This document shows positions 1 to 7,063 of a DNA stretch of 40,958 nucleotides, piece after piece (the first letter of the stretch is position 1; every line of letters begins with the position of its first letter). Under the pieces are notes generated by a model. It made no database searches. It had not been told where the DNA came from and was given only the letters and a program-made list of their open reading frames with translations. The translations under genes and the position numbers were made by a program. Source of the DNA: Candidatus Omnitrophota bacterium (GTDB lineage Bacteria; Omnitrophota; Omnitrophia; Omnitrophales; Danuiimicrobiaceae); NCBI GenBank assembly GCA_016177155.1, contig JACOVU010000030.1:1-40958 (forward strand). Direction: 5' to 3'.

Positions 1-689
1 CTCAGGTAATTTTCGGTAATGCTTTCTCCGATAATTCGATTACTTTTCGCAACACCCTCTGCGCGTGCAACTGCAATTTCAGCGTCCTTCTTTGCTTTTT
101 GAAGCTCAAATTCTTTCTGCAGGGCTTCCTGCTCTGTCTTTAATTTTATCTCAATGCTTTGTGAGAAAGCGAGCGGGAGCCTCACATCCCTCAAGAGAAC
201 GTCCTGAATCATAATCCCGCGCTCATCTAATTTGCTTTTTAGAAAATCAAGGATCTTTTTCCCGATCTCATGCCTTCCCTCTTCGCTATAGAGCGCTTTG
301 ACGGGGTAACCGCTTACGGTATTCCGGATGGATTCACGAACATAAGGCTCAAGAACTGTCACTGCATAGTTTGTCCCGATCGTCTTTCTGACCGACACCG
401 ACTTATCCCTTGGTGTATTGAACAGAATAGAAACATCGAGTTGCGCAATCAGGCCCTCAGAAGATGGAACGGCTGCTGTCTCTTTGAGTTCCTGGGTCTT
501 CACGTTCCAAATCTCAATCCAGGTAAAAAGCGGAATGTAAAGATGCCAGCCTGTGCTGAGCGGCTGATCTTGAATTCTGCCAAAATCGGCTTTCACCCCC
601 GTTTGGCCATCTTCCACCACGGCAACTCCACATCCTGAAACACCAATCAAAATCAACAACACAAACAAAACAGAAATGTACTTGTTCAC
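1..689 (-). CDS. SPFH/band-7 (prohibitin/HflC-like) domain lipoprotein, partial (3' end outside window)
   Basis: Absent from the ORF track because it runs off the window and starts with GTG (cac 687-689). Hand translation of the minus strand gives VNKYISVLFVLLILIGVSGCGVAVVEDGQTGVKADFGRIQDQPL...VLLRDVRLPLAFSQSIEIKLKTEQEALQKEFELQKAKKDAEIAVARAEG. This has a lipobox (VSGC), an SPFH core and a coiled-coil tail. AAGGAG lies 7 nt upstream of the GTG. Confidence 0.8.
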   Translation of the reverse strand, partial: MNKYISVLFVLLILIGVSGCGVAVVEDGQTGVKADFGRIQDQPLSTGWHLYIPLFTWIEIWNVKTQELKETAAVPSSEGLIAQLDVSILFNTPRDKSVSVRKTIGTNYAVTVLEPYVRESIRNTVSGYPVKALYSEEGRHEIGKKILDFLKSKLDERGIMIQDVLLRDVRLPLAFSQSIEIKLKTEQEALQKEFELQKAKKDAEIAVARAEGVAKSNRIIGESITENYL

Positions 690-705
690 AGTTTTTCTCC
701 TTCGT

Positions 706-1110
706 TTATTTATTTTTGATTTCGCTCACAACAAACATTTTCTGGCCAAAAATATGATCATTGGCAAAAATCCGAAACTCATATTGCCCGGGGTGTGGAA
801 ACCTGAGGCCTTTCAAATTAAAAACAAGTTCATGGCTTGAAAGCGGATCGTCAATATGAACGGCTTCGGGCGCTTCGCAATTGGCAACCACCACCTCCGT
901 ATGTAGATCTCCAAGCTCAAGACGAAATCGGTAATCTCCTCTCGCATCGGTGAGCTTAACATAAACACTTAAGGAATGATGGACGGCGGGAAATTGATGG
1001 GCCCCAATGTTCTCGAATATTCCAACTAGACTCTTCTTATTTGTTCCGTGCTCAGTCAACACTTGATCGCAGATGAGCATCGCATTGGTTTTCGGTATCG
1101 GTAAACTCAT
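706..1110 (-). CDS. Hypothetical small soluble protein (DUF-like), paralog of 14721-15110
   Basis: ORF 706-1140. The 1140 start is TTG, and the first ATG (MSLPIPK...) is at 1110. No motif I can name. It lies 16 nt upstream of, and is co-directional with, the SPFH gene. It shares a C(D/R)x...(H/R)(Q/R)FPA pattern with the 14721-15110 product. Confidence 0.55.
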   Translation of the reverse strand: MSLPIPKTNAMLICDQVLTEHGTNKKSLVGIFENIGAHQFPAVHHSLSVYVKLTDARGDYRFRLELGDLHTEVVVANCEAPEAVHIDDPLSSHELVFNLKGLRFPHPGQYEFRIFANDHIFGQKMFVVSEIKNK

Positions 1111-1185
1111 AATGTGGCAGTATACCTTCTTTGCTCGCAAGACTCAACTCTATGTTAGAATCTGTCCGTCTAAAGGGAATTTAGA

Positions 1186-1929
1186 ATGGATACCAACTTG
1201 AAGCACGCTCTGGAAGAACTTAAGAAATCAAAACACATAATCGCTTTCACGGGAGCGGGCATTTCACAAGAGAGCGGCATCCCCACCTTCCGTGGATCGG
1301 GGGGCGGCTTTTGGCGCAATTTTCGACTAGAGGAAGTGGCGACACCTCAAGCCTTCCTAAAAAATCCGAGACTCGTGTGGGATTTTTACCTGGAGCGAAG
1401 AAAGCTCGCCAAAGAAGTTCAGCCGAACGCGGCACACAAAGCCTTTGCAGCCTGGGAGAAAATATTTCCGTTCGTGGGAGTTGTCACCCAAAATATCGAC
1501 GGCCTTCACGAACAAGCAGGAAGTCGGAACATCCAAGAACTTCATGGCAGCCTTTGGCGATCAAAATGTAGCCGCTGCGGGAAGACCGTTCAAGACTTGA
1601 ATCTTACTTACTCAGAACTTCCGCACTGCCGTGACTGTGGTGGGCTCATGCGCCCCGATATCGTATGGTTCGGAGAAGAACTTAATCCAAATACGATCAA
1701 TCAAGCCCTAGAGTGGATGCGAAAAGCCGACCTGATTTTCGTCATTGGCACTTCAGGTGTAGTAGAACCTGCGGCCAGTTTTGTACGCGGTGCGAAACGT
1801 TACGGGGCTTTTATCGCAGAGGTGAATGTTGAAGAAACTGCGTTGACTTATGTTGCTGATCTATTCCTTCGTGGAAAATCGAGTGAAATTTTTTCTAGCC
1901 TTTCAGAAGCCATTACTCAACCAACTTAA
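1186..1929 (+). CDS. cobB: NAD-dependent protein deacylase, Sir2 family (CobB-type)
   Basis: GAGISQESGIPTFRG NAD-binding motif, QNIDGLH catalytic His region, and a Zn ribbon (CSRCG...CRDCGG). Length is 247 aa. Confidence 0.9.
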   Translation: MDTNLKHALEELKKSKHIIAFTGAGISQESGIPTFRGSGGGFWRNFRLEEVATPQAFLKNPRLVWDFYLERRKLAKEVQPNAAHKAFAAWEKIFPFVGVVTQNIDGLHEQAGSRNIQELHGSLWRSKCSRCGKTVQDLNLTYSELPHCRDCGGLMRPDIVWFGEELNPNTINQALEWMRKADLIFVIGTSGVVEPAASFVRGAKRYGAFIAEVNVEETALTYVADLFLRGKSSEIFSSLSEAITQPT

Positions 1930-3085
1930 TTTCTCCGCGTTTCGTTTGTTTCACTTCGAGGAGCGCTTTGTCCGCCAAATCGACGGCGGTAAAAACCTTA
2001 TCAAATTTCTTGGGATCAACCTTAATCGCGCCTACACTGAGTGAAACTTCGAGATTCTTGATGGTTTGAACAATTTTCATATTTCGAATTGCTTCTTGTA
2101 CTTCCTGAATCCGTTTGAGGAATACTTCTTTATCCGCTTTGTCAATAATAATCATAAATTCATCTCCACCGTAACGACCTAGAAAGCTATTGACCCTCAA
2201 TTTTTCCGTTAACGTTTTTGCCACGGCGCGAATGACCTCGTCTCCCATCCGATGGCCAAAAGTATCATTGATTCGCTTGAAATAGTCGATATCTACAATG
2301 GCGAGATAAAAAAATGACCCCTCTTCCCTACAGCGTTTAACTTTGTCGGTCAAGATTTCAAAAAAATATCTGCGGTTATAAATTTTAGTGAGGTCGTCGA
2401 TCTTCGACATCTCATCAGCCCGACGATAGAGGAGTGCAAGTTTCCTGTTCATTTCTTCTAACTTTCGTTCGCTTTCCTTAAGGGTCTCATTCCTCACAAA
2501 ACCATAAAAAAATTCAGATGCATAAAATTTGGTGACCAAAGCCAAATAAACCAAGGTAATCGTCATTAACGTCATCGAGTAAACGTAACCCCCTAAACTC
2601 CAATGGGGGGGATTGGCCAAAGTGGCAATCGTATAAAGAATAAGAGAAGCGCTCCCTACCAAAACATGGTGTCGATAATAAAAGCTGTTGGCAAAAAACC
2701 AAGCCCACATACTTTGAATAATTCCTTCATAATACCGCCCAGAAGCACCTTCGGTTTTGTAAATCACGAAACACAGAAAAGCTACATTAGAGAGCGCTCC
2801 AAGATCAACCAACCAAACGATAGAGCGCTTGAAGCGCTCAAAACGACTCAACACATAAAGACATAAAAACAGAGTGCACGTTAGAATACGCATGATGAGT
2901 AACGACCATTGGTGCTCGGGTGGGAAAATGTTCTGATCAACATAGCTAAAAACCATTAAAAAAACAGATCCAATGGGAACGAGAACGCTCACCCTAAAGT
3001 GCATGATCTTCTGAGTCAGTTCCTGATAAGCAGCTACCACTTTCGGGGAGATCGTTTCTCGATTAAGGCGAGAGGTCTTTGGCAT
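1913..3085 (-). CDS. Membrane-anchored diguanylate cyclase (GGDEF domain)
   Basis: N-terminal half has about 6 hydrophobic helices, followed by a coiled-coil linker. The C-terminal domain has DIDYFKRINDTFGH and RYGGDEFMII (intact GGDEF). Confidence 0.85.
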   Translation of the reverse strand: MPKTSRLNRETISPKVVAAYQELTQKIMHFRVSVLVPIGSVFLMVFSYVDQNIFPPEHQWSLLIMRILTCTLFLCLYVLSRFERFKRSIVWLVDLGALSNVAFLCFVIYKTEGASGRYYEGIIQSMWAWFFANSFYYRHHVLVGSASLILYTIATLANPPHWSLGGYVYSMTLMTITLVYLALVTKFYASEFFYGFVRNETLKESERKLEEMNRKLALLYRRADEMSKIDDLTKIYNRRYFFEILTDKVKRCREEGSFFYLAIVDIDYFKRINDTFGHRMGDEVIRAVAKTLTEKLRVNSFLGRYGGDEFMIIIDKADKEVFLKRIQEVQEAIRNMKIVQTIKNLEVSLSVGAIKVDPKKFDKVFTAVDLADKALLEVKQTKRGEIKLVE

Positions 3086-3214
3086 ATTGTTATACGAGAA
3101 GTCTTACTTCCTCCTCCTTTTTCTTATGACTACATAATTGTACCCCACCCTAACCAGAAAGCAATTTCAAAAAGGAAGAGGTTGGAGAAGCGAATGACGA
3201 ATGAATAATGGAGA

Positions 3215-4129
3215 TTAAGTAGCTTGAGGGAGCGTCATCCAGGGGACTTTCTTAAAACCGCCGCTGAGAAACATGAAAACCAATCGTCTTTTCAATCGAA
3301 GCCAGGGACTTTTCATTCCCCATCTGTAATATTGATGCCGAACTCGATAGGTCAAAAGATCAATCTGGTAAATATGAGGACTGTAACACACTGGGTTTCT
3401 CCCAGTTAAAATTTTAACCGCTTCGCTTGCAGTTAAAGCCCCCACCAGCATTAAGCCAGGGGCAACGCTTGCGGCCCGTCGCGTTTCAAAACTGATCGCC
3501 TTTGGTTTGATATACTTAAGACAAAGCAACGAAGGCGAAAGGCCGAAGCTAAGCGCAAACTTTTTTTCTATCTCAGTCATATCCTCTTGTAAATCAAAAT
3601 AATCTTCGTAACGCATCCCATCGGGCGCAAAGGTAATGACAGAAGCCCCAAACCCTAAAGGGCAAGAGGTAATGGCGGTAAGCTGCTTTTCACGGCTTCT
3701 CTGAAACAGGGTAAGCTTTGCTTCTTGTTCGAAGTAATCAATCCCATCGATCACGAGATCGACGCCATCAAGAAATGCATCTACATTCTCTCTCGTAATG
3801 CGGGATGGAAACACGTCTACTCTTGCCTCAGGATTAATGGACAGAATCCGATCATGAATCACCTCAGTCTTAGGGCGACCCAGAGTATCTTTAAACGCTC
3901 CTGCTTGGCGGTTCACGTTCGAAATCTCAAACGTATCAGGATCGGCAATCTTAAACTGGCCTACGCCGAGACGCGCTAAAGCATCTACTTGATATCCTCC
4001 TGCTCCGCCAAGCCCTGCTACCGCCACGCAAGAAGTTCGCAAACATTCCTGTTCTTCCGCTGAAAGCCAACCGATATTTCGATCAAAAGCTTCTTGGTAA
4101 TTAAAAGGTCGATTTTGGTTTAAGTTCAT
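3215..4129 (-). CDS. ThiF/MoeB/HesA-family E1-like adenylyltransferase
   Basis: VAVAGLGGAGGY nucleotide-binding loop, then DPDTFEISNVNRQ. The ATG at 4129 (MNLNQ) is preferred over 4159 because AAGGAGG lies 5 nt upstream. It overlaps the upstream gene by 29 nt. I see no rhodanese domain and no obvious ubiquitin-like or peptide partner nearby. Confidence 0.8.
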   Translation of the reverse strand: MNLNQNRPFNYQEAFDRNIGWLSAEEQECLRTSCVAVAGLGGAGGYQVDALARLGVGQFKIADPDTFEISNVNRQAGAFKDTLGRPKTEVIHDRILSINPEARVDVFPSRITRENVDAFLDGVDLVIDGIDYFEQEAKLTLFQRSREKQLTAITSCPLGFGASVITFAPDGMRYEDYFDLQEDMTEIEKKFALSFGLSPSLLCLKYIKPKAISFETRRAASVAPGLMLVGALTASEAVKILTGRNPVCYSPHIYQIDLLTYRVRHQYYRWGMKSPWLRLKRRLVFMFLSGGFKKVPWMTLPQAT

Positions 4130-4964
4130 CTGCCCCTCCTTGATCAGAAAAAATGTCATGACTCGATTGTAAGTAACTTTGAAGAATAAAGAGATCCTCG
4201 TCTGGCAGTGGTTTTGCTTCTTCGAAAAGGCGTTTCAGAATTTGCATATCCCAATGGGCAGGCTTTGTTCGGAATAAATTTGGATTGGATTCCTTTAAAA
4301 AAAATGTTTGGACTGCCTGATTCTTAAAACGAGGATCACAAAAGTGAGGAATATCCAAATGCATTGGAATCGCTGGATGCGAACGCACGATAGAATAAGC
4401 TTTGACGGTTCCAATTGGCTGAAACGTTAAGGAGCGATAAAGAAGCTCATGTTTGGGATGAATGGTAATGACAAGATCCGTCACGCCAGCGAAACGCGCA
4501 TAGTTAAATAAAAATCGGAAAAGATTAAAAATCGTTCCGATTTTGGTCGTATGCTTTCCAGCACTTCTTTTTCCGCTGATTCCCTTGCGTGAACTCGCAA
4601 GCAAACTAATTTCTGCAAGATGCCGTCCTTCCGATCGAATCGCGTTGATTTCATCTCGAAACAAAGTTTCCATCGGAAGTCCACAGGAAGAATCTAAGAT
4701 GACAGATGCCGTACCGAAAACTTGAGACATGTTCCGGTCTAAGAAAAGAAAGGTCCGTGATTCCGGCAACAAACAAAAATAAGTGTAATGTATCTTTGAA
4801 AACTTTTCGTTACAATATCCACGAGACAGATATTCTTGATAAACCAACTGATAAGCTTCCCTGAGTTCTTCAAAGCTTTGCGCAATTCGACAATCAAAGA
4901 GTTCAGGTTGAATAACAGTTTTCAAACAGATTTTGTCAGCAAATGATTGAGACTCGGGGATCAT
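4101..4964 (-). CDS. GNAT-fold N-acyltransferase, FeeM / N-acyl amino acid synthase-like (autoinducer-synthase-like fold)
   Basis: Pattern LREAYQLVYQEYLSRGY ... FGTASVILDSSCGLPMETLF ... HLAEISLLASS resembles long-chain N-acyl amino acid synthase and OlsB-like acyltransferases. This is recognised from memory only. The track start at 4973 is GTG inside a repeat arm. ATG at 4964 is more likely. Confidence 0.5.
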   Translation of the reverse strand: MIPESQSFADKICLKTVIQPELFDCRIAQSFEELREAYQLVYQEYLSRGYCNEKFSKIHYTYFCLLPESRTFLFLDRNMSQVFGTASVILDSSCGLPMETLFRDEINAIRSEGRHLAEISLLASSRKGISGKRSAGKHTTKIGTIFNLFRFLFNYARFAGVTDLVITIHPKHELLYRSLTFQPIGTVKAYSIVRSHPAIPMHLDIPHFCDPRFKNQAVQTFFLKESNPNLFRTKPAHWDMQILKRLFEEAKPLPDEDLFILQSYLQSSHDIFSDQGGADELKPKSTF

Positions 4965-5092
4965 CCCAACCACCTGCTTTTCTGCCGTTTCACAGGGTCA
5001 TATTTCGAAAGAAACGGCAGGATTTCCTTCCCAAATAAAAGAGCGCTTGGTCTTAAGTCAACGCGCTCTTGTAAAGCAGGTGGTGGGATCAT
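4961..5092. repeat. Stop-to-start inverted-repeat intergenic element, copy A (subfamily CCACCTGCTT)
   Basis: Arms are tcATCCCAACCACCTGCTTT (4961-4980) and AAAGCAGGTGGTGGGATca (5073-5091). Two internal hairpins: ctgccgtttc/gaaacggcag and aagagcgc/gcgctctt. TCAT occurs at both ends on the plus strand, which is ATGA on the gene strand. Confidence 0.85.
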
Positions 5093-5122
5093 ATTTAGAG
5101 CATTTTCCTCTCAGCACTACGT

Positions 5123-5524
5123 TCAACACGGATCTATATTGACTAACTGCTCAGGTTTTACCCCGCTTAACAAACGTGAAACCCCCTCTAAGAGTCTTTC
5201 AAAATTGAGGGGTTTGCTGTAGAGAACATATTGCCCCGCTGAATTTTGTTTTTGAGAATGTTCTTCAATGAGGGCGGTCACAAAAATGACAGGAACTTTA
5301 GCGTCAAACCTAGCCTCTAAAAGGTCGTGGTAAATTTCGGTTCCCAATTTACCATTAAGCCAAATGTCTAAAATGATAAGGTCAGGCTTGAAAGCAAGAG
5401 CTTTTTCCCAAAACTGACTTCCATTGCTGGCTATTTCCACTTCGAATCCGTGCTTCGAAAGTTTAAATTTGAGCAAGGTAAGAATCGATGCTTCGTCGTC
5501 AACCACAAGAATTTTTTTCTTCAC
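5123..5524 (-). CDS. Stand-alone response regulator receiver (CheY-like)
   Basis: ILVVDDE, the phospho-acceptor context LIILDIWL, and a conserved K region (LYSKP). No output domain. GTG start at 5524. Confidence 0.85.
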   Translation of the reverse strand: MKKKILVVDDEASILTLLKFKLSKHGFEVEIASNGSQFWEKALAFKPDLIILDIWLNGKLGTEIYHDLLEARFDAKVPVIFVTALIEEHSQKQNSAGQYVLYSKPLNFERLLEGVSRLLSGVKPEQLVNIDPC

Positions 5525-5540
5525 ATTTCATTATATAAAG

Positions 5541-5555
5541 GCAAGTGGTGTGCCA
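5541..5555 (-). promoter_or_regulatory. Sigma-54 (-24/-12) promoter
   Basis: The minus strand reads TGGCACaccacTTGC, an exact match to TGGCAC-N5-TTGC. It sits 17 nt upstream of the receiver gene start and downstream of the gene for a sigma-54 activator. Confidence 0.65.
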
Positions 5556-5698
5556 CAGTTGTCAAAAATGCTTGAAAACTTTTTTCATAGGGAACGAGAT
5601 ACGTAACGCGGGGGTGAGCAGATGATTGCGCTAGAGTAATGTCAGAAAAATCGGACAACCTTGTCAGAATGTCTCGCGAGGAACTGACAGATAGAAAT

Positions 5699-7063
5699 CT
5701 AGACGATCTTTGCGTATTTCTTAATCTTGCGGTAAAAGGTATCGCGGCTAATCTGAAGAAGTTTGCAGGCTCTACTCACATTTCCACCTGCTTCTTCGAG
5801 CACTTTCTCCAAAAGCACTTTTTCTGTTTCGCCAATTACCTTTTCCCTGTGTTCTTCATAGCGCGTACCGTCATCGGCAGGAAGTAAAGAGGAAAAGATT
5901 TCGAGGGAATCAACGTCCGCTCCGGTAATAACGTGATGATTTCCTTTAATCAACATAAGCCGTTCGACAAAGTTCTCTAACTCGCGAACGTTGCCAGGCC
6001 AATCATATTCTATAAGCTTTTTAAGGGCGGCGTGTTCGAACCGAAGCTCTTCTTTTTGGTGGTGGTGTTTCCTGATAAAATACTGCAAGAGAGAGGGAAT
6101 GTCTTCTTGTCGTTCCCGAAGGGGTGGAATGCGAATCGGAAACACATTGATCCGAAAGTAAAGGTCTTCGCGAAATTTCCCTTGGCCAACCAATTTTTTC
6201 AAATCGCGGTGAGTCGCCACGATAAAACGAGCATTGATCGGAATGACTCCGTTTCCTCCAACGCGTTCAATTTCCCGTTCTTGAAGTACCCGAACTAACT
6301 TAACCTGAAGAGACGCTGACAAATCACCGATCTCATCTAAGAAAATGGTCCCTCCATGCGCCTGCTCAAACTTTCCAATTTTCCTTGCAATGGCTCCCGT
6401 AAACGCGCCCTTTTCATGGCCAAAAAGTTCGCTCTCAAGTAAATGTTCTGGGATTGCACCGCAATTAACCGCGACAAAAGGACCTTCCTTTCCGAGTCCA
6501 TTAAAATGAACGGCCCGAGCAACGAGTTCCTTGCCCGTTCCGCTTTCGCCTTCAATTAAAACATTGGCGTCGCTTTTCGCTGCAATATCAACCCCTTGAA
6601 AAACTTTTTGCATCGCCCGGCCTTTACCAACAATGCTTTTGTACTTATACTTATCCCCTAACTCCCTTTTCAAAGTTGAAACTTCTTCTCGAAGGCGGAC
6701 GTGATCAAACACATGCTTTACCTTTGCGTCCAATTCAGGAAAGGCCAAGGGTTTCTCAATGAAATCATAGGCACCCAACTTCATACAATCGACCGCCAGT
6801 TTCACATCTGCATGGGCACTAATCATCATCACTTGGGTTTCTGGGGCAATTCTCTGTAACTCCCTGAGAACCTCAACACCACTCATGTCGGGCAAACGAA
6901 TATCTAGTAGTACGAGACGGGACCGATGGATTCGCACAAAATCGATCGCGCCCCCACCTCGAAATACGCAATGAGTTGAATAGCCTCGCTTTTTGAGATG
7001 GAAATCAATCAGGTTGGAAATTTTCTTATCGTCGTCAACGACAAGAATGATATCGTCGTTCAT
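5699..7063 (-). CDS. Sigma-54-dependent response regulator (NtrC family: receiver, AAA+ and Fis-type HTH domains)
   Basis: Receiver domain (VVDDD ... [11 protein letters not shown]). AAA+ domain with GESGTGKE Walker A and the GAFTGA sigma-54 contact loop. C-terminal HTH ([19 protein letters not shown]). The ATG at 7063 overlaps the kinase TGA by 1 nt. The track start is at 7084. Confidence 0.9.
   Translation of the reverse strand: MNDDIILVVDDDKKISNLIDFHLKKRGYSTHCVFRGGGAIDFVRIHRSRLVLLDIRLPDMSGVEVLRELQRIAPETQVMMISAHADVKLAVDCMKLGAYDFIEKPLAFPELDAKVKHVFDHVRLREEVSTLKRELGDKYKYKSIVGKGRAMQKVFQGVDIAAKSDANVLIEGESGTGKELVARAVHFNGLGKEGPFVAVNCGAIPEHLLESELFGHEKGAFTGAIARKIGKFEQAHGGTIFLDEIGDLSASLQVKLVRVLQEREIERVGGNGVIPINARFIVATHRDLKKLVGQGKFREDLYFRINVFPIRIPPLRERQEDIPSLLQYFIRKHHHQKEELRFEHAALKKLIEYDWPGNVRELENFVERLMLIKGNHHVITGADVDSLEIFSSLLPADDGTRYEEHREKVIGETEKVLLEKVLEEAGGNVSRACKLLQISRDTFYRKIKKYAKIV

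Noticed and set aside
270-638. 122-aa plus-strand ORF at the left edge
   Set aside because: It lies entirely antisense to a much better minus-strand SPFH-domain reading frame (1-689) that has an SD, a lipobox and recognisable domain sequence. It is a shadow ORF.
1186-1929. Sir2-family gene as a possible anti-phage SIR2 effector
   Set aside because: It has the complete canonical sirtuin layout (GAGIS, QNIDGLH, four-Cys Zn ribbon) at housekeeping CobB length. It has no fused or adjacent defence-type partner (no HerA, pAgo, TIR, STAND or DSR-like extension).
3215-4964. ThiF-like plus GNAT-like pair as a microcin C-type peptide-nucleotide cluster
   Set aside because: I found no short precursor ORF ending in Asn near the pair. 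The ThiF protein lacks the N-terminal peptide-binding extension of MccB, and no exporter or immunity peptidase is present.
5089-5092. Small ORF starting MIPPPALQERV inside repeat copy A, paralleled by the MIPPPAFG start at 27351
   Set aside because: The shared MIPPPA is simply the translation of the repeat arm ATGATCCCACCACCTGCTT. Downstream sequences are unrelated and cross hairpins. This is not a conserved peptide.
5781-5797. tttccacctgcttcttc inside the NtrC-like gene, a 10-nt match to the repeat arm CCACCTGCTT
   Set aside because: It is a solo 10-mer inside conserved coding sequence (EEAGGNV), with no partner arm and no ATGA flank. It is most likely chance.
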